The position numbers were made by a program, and so were the translations under genes. A stretch of 64,000 nucleotides of DNA from Candidatus Latescibacterota bacterium (GTDB lineage: Bacteria; Krumholzibacteriota; Krumholzibacteriia; WVZY01), in NCBI GenBank assembly GCA_963791045.1, contig CAWBQK010000007.1, forward strand, positions 96,001 to 160,000, read 5' to 3'. Below the pieces are notes generated by a model that did no database searches, was not told the origin of the DNA, and saw nothing but the letters and a program-made list of their open reading frames with translations. Shown here in pieces: positions 59,130 through 64,000 of this stretch (its first letter is position 1; each line of letters begins with the position of its first letter).

Positions 59130-60324
59130 ATGGGTATGCGTTTTCACCTCGATGAAGAGAAGAGGCTGACCGAATTAAAGGTCGTTGGAATCGGGGGCGC
59201 CGGGGGGAATGCCGTTAACCGGATGTTGAGCAGTGGCTTTTCCGGAGTCGATTTTCTCGCTGTGAACACCGATCTTCAGGTGCTTCGCGGCGCGACGGCG
59301 CAGCAGCGGCTTCAGATAGGACAAAAGCTCACGCGCGGCCTGGGGTCGGGCGGTGTGCCGGATATGGGAAGGGACGCGGCGGAAGAAAGCAGGGAAGTTA
59401 TTAAGGAGAGTCTCCAGGGCGCCGACATGGTGTTTCTCACCTGCGGCATGGGTGGAGGCACGGGGACCGGCGCGTCGCCGATCGTTGCGCAGATCGCCCG
59501 CGAGACCGGCGCGCTCACGGTTGGAATCGTTACAAAGCCGTTCTTCTTTGAAGGCGATCAGCGAATCGCGCAGGCGGAAGAGGGAATAGAGGAATTGAAA
59601 CGTGAAGTGGACACACTTCTCGTTATTCCCAACGACAAGCTTCTTGCGATAACCGAGGAGAACACTCCGCTTCTCGACGCGTTTTCAATTGCCGACGAGG
59701 TGCTCTGCAACGCAACCCGTGGAATCTCCGATCTCATTACCGAGACCGGGGTCGTCAATCTTGACTTCGCCGATGTGAAAAGCGTAATGCGGAATGGCGG
59801 CGACGCCATCATGGGTACTGGGATAGCGCGAGGAGATGCGGGCGCCGAGGAAGCTGCAAGAGTTGCGATCAATAGCCCGCTTCTCGACAACGTGTCGATA
59901 AAAGGAGCCAGCGGAATTCTCGTGAATATCACTGGGTCCAAGACCTTGAGTCTCCAGCAAGTGAGTAAGGCCGCGACGATCGTGAACAAGGAAGCGGGAC
60001 CGGGCGTCCATGTATTCCTCGGCGCGGTTATCAATGACTCGCTCGAGGCTGATGAACTCAGCGTGACGGTTATCGCGACAGGATTCAACTCTGCCCCGAA
60101 GAGAAGAGAAGAACAGGTTGAGGAAAAAAAGGCGATCAATTTTACCGAGTTGTTGAGCAAACAGCCGGCATCCGAGATTTCCCTCTCGAAAGAAGAGCCG
60201 GTCGCCGGAAGAGAAAAAAGAGACAAAAGAAGAAGAGACTGTCGTGATAGACAACGGGTCTATCCGTTCGTTCAACTCGGATAATTTCAGGATACCCACC
60301 TTCGTTCGCAAGCAGATGGACTAA
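59130..60324 (+). CDS. ftsZ: Cell division protein FtsZ (+1 frameshift near 60207 in linker)
   Basis: GIGGAGGNAVN, NTD, GMGGGTGTG, NLDFADV; conserved tail DNFRIPTFVRKQMD* lies in the +1 frame ending TAA 60324. Confidence 0.96.
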
Positions 60325-60337
60325 CCTGGAGGTAGAC

Positions 60338-61988
60338 TTGTCGATTTGGAGCCGGTTGTTCCGGGTCTCTGCCGGTGACCAGTATCACAAAGGAATCCGG
60401 TACTTCAACGAAGGTGATTACGACCGCGCCATTGAATGCCTCGAAGAGGTAGTGGCCGGCGATAAAAGCCGCGAAAGCCCCATCGCGAAACTCGGCGCTT
60501 TTTATGCGGCGGAGGCGCATAGCAAGCTCGGGATTGCAGAGTTTCACCGCGAGAACTACGACAAAGCGCTGATCCATTTCAAGGCGGCGCTGCAGGTTAA
60601 CCCGCACTACCCCGACCTCTACTATTATCTCGGCGTCGTGAATCACAAACAGGGTGAACTCGACGTCGCCGTTGAGTATCTGAAAAAGGCGACCGAGCTC
60701 AACCCGGATTATGCAGAGGCGACTTGCTATCTGGGAATAGCGCTCCACGACGGTGGTTATTTCGACCGGGCCGGCAAGTGTTTTTCACACGCTCTGGAAC
60801 TTACCAGGGCGGTGCCCAACCCCCTCAGCCGGCTCCTCATGGATAAGCTCGAATCAAAATCGTTTGAGCATCCTATCCTTCAGGAACTCAAAAACGCGGC
60901 TCTTGAGAATACGAATTTCGAAGAGACCGTGAAAGAGGGTAATCGCGCGTTCAACAACCACGATTACGAGAGGGCGGCCGCGTGTTTTGCGGAGGCCTCC
61001 CACAAGAAGCCCTCCTACGCCGATCTTCACTGCAAACTCGGTTTGGCTTTTCTCGAATTGGGAAGGGATGAGGAAGCGATAGAAAGCCTCAAGCGATCGC
61101 TTCAACAGAATCCAACTTATGTCGAAGCCCTCTATTGTCTCGGAGTGACGTGCTATCAAGGAAAAGATTACGTGGCGAGTCGAGAGCACCTGGAGAGGGC
61201 AGTGGCGTTGAGGCCTGAATACGCGGATATTCACTGCCAACTCGGCATAGCGATGCTCGCGCTGGGAGAATTTGCGGCGGCGAAGGACCGAATTTGAAAA
61301 TGCCGTCGAGATTTCGCAATCTTATGCGAAGGCCCACTACATGCTCGGGATGGCTCTTCATGCGCTGGGTGACAATGATGCGGCGAATGTCGAGCTCAAG
61401 GAATCGCTTGCCCTCACGCCCGACTTGTTTCCCGCGGCAATCGATTCCGGGCTGGCGTGTCTGGGTTCTTCGGATTGGGCGGGTGCGGTGGATCGGTTCA
61501 GCAGAATCATAGACAAGAAACCCGACCAGGCGGACGCGCATTGTTTTCTGGGGATCGCTTGTCTCAACGAAGGTAATCTCGACGAAGCGGGAGAAAGGCT
61601 GTCTCGTGCATTGGAGTTGAACCCGGAGTATGTTGAGGCAAAAAAACAACTCGCGCTTGTTCACTTCAAGAAAGAACGTTACGAGGCGGCGGAACAATTG
61701 ATAAGAGAAGCCGTCGAGATTCATCCCGACTACGCGGATCTGCACAAAATTCTTGGAGACATTTGTTTGGCGCAAGATTATCTGTCACAGGCAAGGCAAG
61801 CGTACGAAGATGCGCTTGCGTCAAACCCCGATTTTTCGGACGCCGTTCTGGGTCTGGTGGTCGCTTTGCGGCGTGATGGCCGCGGAGACGCCGCCGACAC
61901 TATCCTTCGAACCTACCTCGACAGGCATCCTGCTGACCTCGCTGTGCGACTGCTCCTTGCAGACAAGCGGATGCAACTCCTTGATTGA
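60338..61988 (+). CDS. Tetratricopeptide repeat protein (frameshift near 61286)
   Basis: Repeated P.Y[AP]D.H..LG TPR units in ORFs 60338 and 61272; one extra base in AAGGACCGAA splits them; GGAGG SD. Confidence 0.85.
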
Positions 61989-62004
61989 CAATGACTAAGA
62001 TCGG

Positions 62005-62168
62005 AAAACACAAGGTGTGGGTGGGTGCGGGTGGTGATAACCGTCTTGTAAACAGTAAGGAAGGACTCCCAACCAGAGTATCCGAAATCACTTGGACCGA
62101 GAACACAGGAAGAGGAAACAAGTTTCGTCCCAGATAACACGGAGCCACAGCTAGTCGAGAATCCTTCC
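62005..62168 (-). ncRNA. Candidate unannotated structured small RNA
   Basis: Starts just after a consensus promoter; 18-bp closing stem 62168-62151 with 62076-62059 whose four non-Watson-Crick pairs are all G-U on the minus strand; second G-U-containing hairpin; 3' end uncertain. Confidence 0.6.
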
Positions 62169-62175
62169 ATAAATT

Positions 62176-62204
62176 AGTTTAGTTACAAAACTCTGTGCTG
62201 TCAA
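62176..62204 (-). promoter_or_regulatory. Consensus sigma70 promoter for candidate sRNA
   Basis: Minus strand TTGACA-N17-TAAACT. Confidence 0.7.
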
Positions 62205-62393
62205 CGCGGCCCGCGCAATTTGTTTATAAAATCAATATAACCAGGTCAAGCAAATGCGATAGCTGGCGGGCGTGTTGAGTTCGTTATCTAATTGTTTCCT
62301 CTGTGAATAGGCAATAAGTTTAAACAAACGCTCGAATGTATGTGAATAATAGAACACAAAAACGGAGACGTTGGATGGGCAGCCGGGGATGGC

Positions 62394-62422
62394 TGGACGT
62401 TACCTCCGGTCTGGCATAATAT
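62394..62422 (+). promoter_or_regulatory. Putative recG promoter
   Basis: TGGACG-N17-TAATAT, with overlapping extended -10 TGgCATAAT. Confidence 0.4.
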
Positions 62423-62498
62423 CTACGCTTCGATGAATATTTTCATTATTTGAATGGTTTTGGAATCCGATGCGGAATTCGACCGACGGGAGTGACAG

Positions 62499-64000
62499 GT
62501 GGCCGACGCTTCGAAGTTACACAGGCGATCGCTATCGCAAGAGTGCCGTTTCTTGAAGGGAGTCGGACCGGCACGCGCGGAGCGATTGAGGCGTCTTGGA
62601 ATCGAAACGCTCGATGACCTCATTACTCATTTCCCACGGAAATATTACGACCGGCGGAACTTTGCGAAGATCAGCGCTCTTGTCCCCGGGGAAGACTCCG
62701 GTTTCGTCGGGCAGATTCTTTCCGTGGCGGGACGGTCAGCCCGCGGCCGCAGGTCGGTGATTACCGCGGCGGTTGGAGACGATACGGGAATCGTCCAGGT
62801 CGTCTGGTTCAATCAGCCCTACCTCTCCAAGGTTCTCAAAGCGGGAAACGAAATTATCGTAACCGGCGAGCTCTCGCACTTAGGGGAGCGCGGCAGGTCG
62901 TTAATCCCGAGTTCGAACTGCTTGGAACCGACCTGGACCAGGAACTCCTCCACACGGGTCGTATCGTGCCCGTCTATCCGCTTACGCGCGGAGTTTCGCA
63001 ACGATACTTGAGGGAGCTGATAGCGCGCACGCTCGATGAATACAGTGCCACTGTGTTCGAGAACCTCCCTCGATCGCTCGTCGAGTCACAAAACCTTGTT
63101 CCGCGGATCGCGGCACTGCGTGCAATTCACTTCCCGGATGGTGGGGAAGCGTACGAACGGGGTGTTTTGAGGTTCAAAATCGAGGAACTGTTTTATCTTC
63201 AATTGATATTCTCACTTCAGAGGCTTGGACGGACCGACCGCCGCAAGCGCGACGCGCTCGATATCGATTTCGAACTCGAAAATCAATTTGTTGGAGCGCT
63301 CCCATTTGAACTCACCGGAGCCCAGAAAAAGGTTCTCGACGATATCCGATCCGATTTGTCCGGCGCGGAGGGAATGCACCGGCTTCTACAGGGGGATGTG
63401 GGGTGTGGCAAGACGCTCGTGGCCGCGACGACGATGCTGGCCGGAATTGAGGCGGGCAGACAAGCCGCAATGATGGTGCCGACCGAAATACTCGCCAGCC
63501 AGCATCAGAAAACACTGACGAACTTTTTTAAGGGGCTCGACATTTCCGTCGCCCTGCTGATCGGGTCGCTCCCCGCCGCTGAGAAAAGAAGGATCCACAA
63601 GGGGCTTGCGGATGGTTCCATCCCCCTCGTTGTGGGTACGCACGCTCTTATCCAGGAGGGCGTCGAGTTCGACGATCTTGGCGTTGTGATCATTGATGAA
63701 CAACACCGGTTTGGCGTGAGGCAGCGGGCGGCGCTGCTCGGGAAAAAAGGCAATCCGCACATGCTCGTAATGACCGCGACGCCGATTCCCCGGACACTGG
63801 CTCTGACGGCCTATGCCGATCTGGATCTCTCGGTGATCGACGAGATGCCGCCGGGGAGGGCTCCGGTCAAGACCCGGATCGTCGGTCCCCAGAAGCGGGA
63901 AGCGATGTATCGGTTTATCACAGAGGAGATTTCAAAGGGGTTCCAGGCCTATCTTCTCTACCCCGTGATCGACGAGACAGAGAAACAGGATCTCGAAGCC
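62499..64000 (+). CDS. recG: ATP-dependent DNA helicase RecG (frameshift near 62880; 3' partial)
   Basis: LKGVGP, HFPRKYYDR, WFNQPYL; adding one T at 62880 continues SHFRGARQVVNPEF, IVPVYP, RLLQGDVGCGKT, PTEILA.QH, IDEQHRFGV, MTATPIPRTL, open to the window end. Confidence 0.95.

Noticed and set aside
61991-62137. 48-aa plus-strand ORF 2 nt after the TPR stop (MTKIGKHKVW...)
   Set aside because: No SD, no recognisable motif, not hydrophobic like a type I toxin; overlaps the better-supported antisense RNA
62059-62168. tRNA-Sec (selC), since the RNA starts GGAAG, ends CUUCC and selA is in the window
   Set aside because: No UCA anticodon loop, no T-loop consensus, no GCCA end; folds as a rod, not a cloverleaf
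62059-62168. SRP 4.5S RNA, 6S RNA or CsrB-like RNA
   Set aside because: Helix-8 CAGG..GNRA..AGCAG motif absent; too short and without a central bubble for 6S; GGA motifs are on the strand opposite the promoter and G-U bias
61913-62170. 85-aa minus-strand ORF whose ATG coincides with the predicted TSS (leaderless), or rpmB next to recG
   Set aside because: No L28 motifs, Ser-rich unrecognisable sequence, ATG runs into an 18-bp stem and overlaps the TPR gene; not fully excluded
62230-62257. dif-like site (TTATATTGATT on minus strand)
   Set aside because: Only a partial XerD arm, no XerC arm

Overview
GC-rich bacterial chromosomal region, almost all on the + strand, with no mobile elements, CRISPR arrays, rRNA or tRNA that I can support. 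Blocks in order: (1) envelope genes (partial LppC/LpoA-like protein, TonB, a two-domain lipoprotein amidase), then selA, a pseudo-kinase/TM/SPOR protein, smc and ftsY; (2) an FMN riboswitch leading ribD-ribE-ribBA-ribH-nusB; (3) a ~25 kb surface-glycosylation locus (17.3-42.9 kb) with three GT-C-type membrane transferases, two polyprenyl-phosphate sugar synthases, two flippase types, and a PorZ-like T9SS-CTD protein beside PglF/DegT/FemAB/Wzx genes; (4) the dcw cluster mraZ to ftsZ plus a TPR gene; (5) an intergenic region holding what looks like an unannotated structured small RNA with its own sigma70 promoter, then recG running off the right edge. Five single-base frameshifts (including ftsZ and recG) most likely reflect assembly indel errors. 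A T9SS-type CTD together with canonical sigma70 promoters and SD sites suggests a non-Bacteroidota FCB-related lineage (inference). All calls come from manual motif reading; no searches or folding programs were run.
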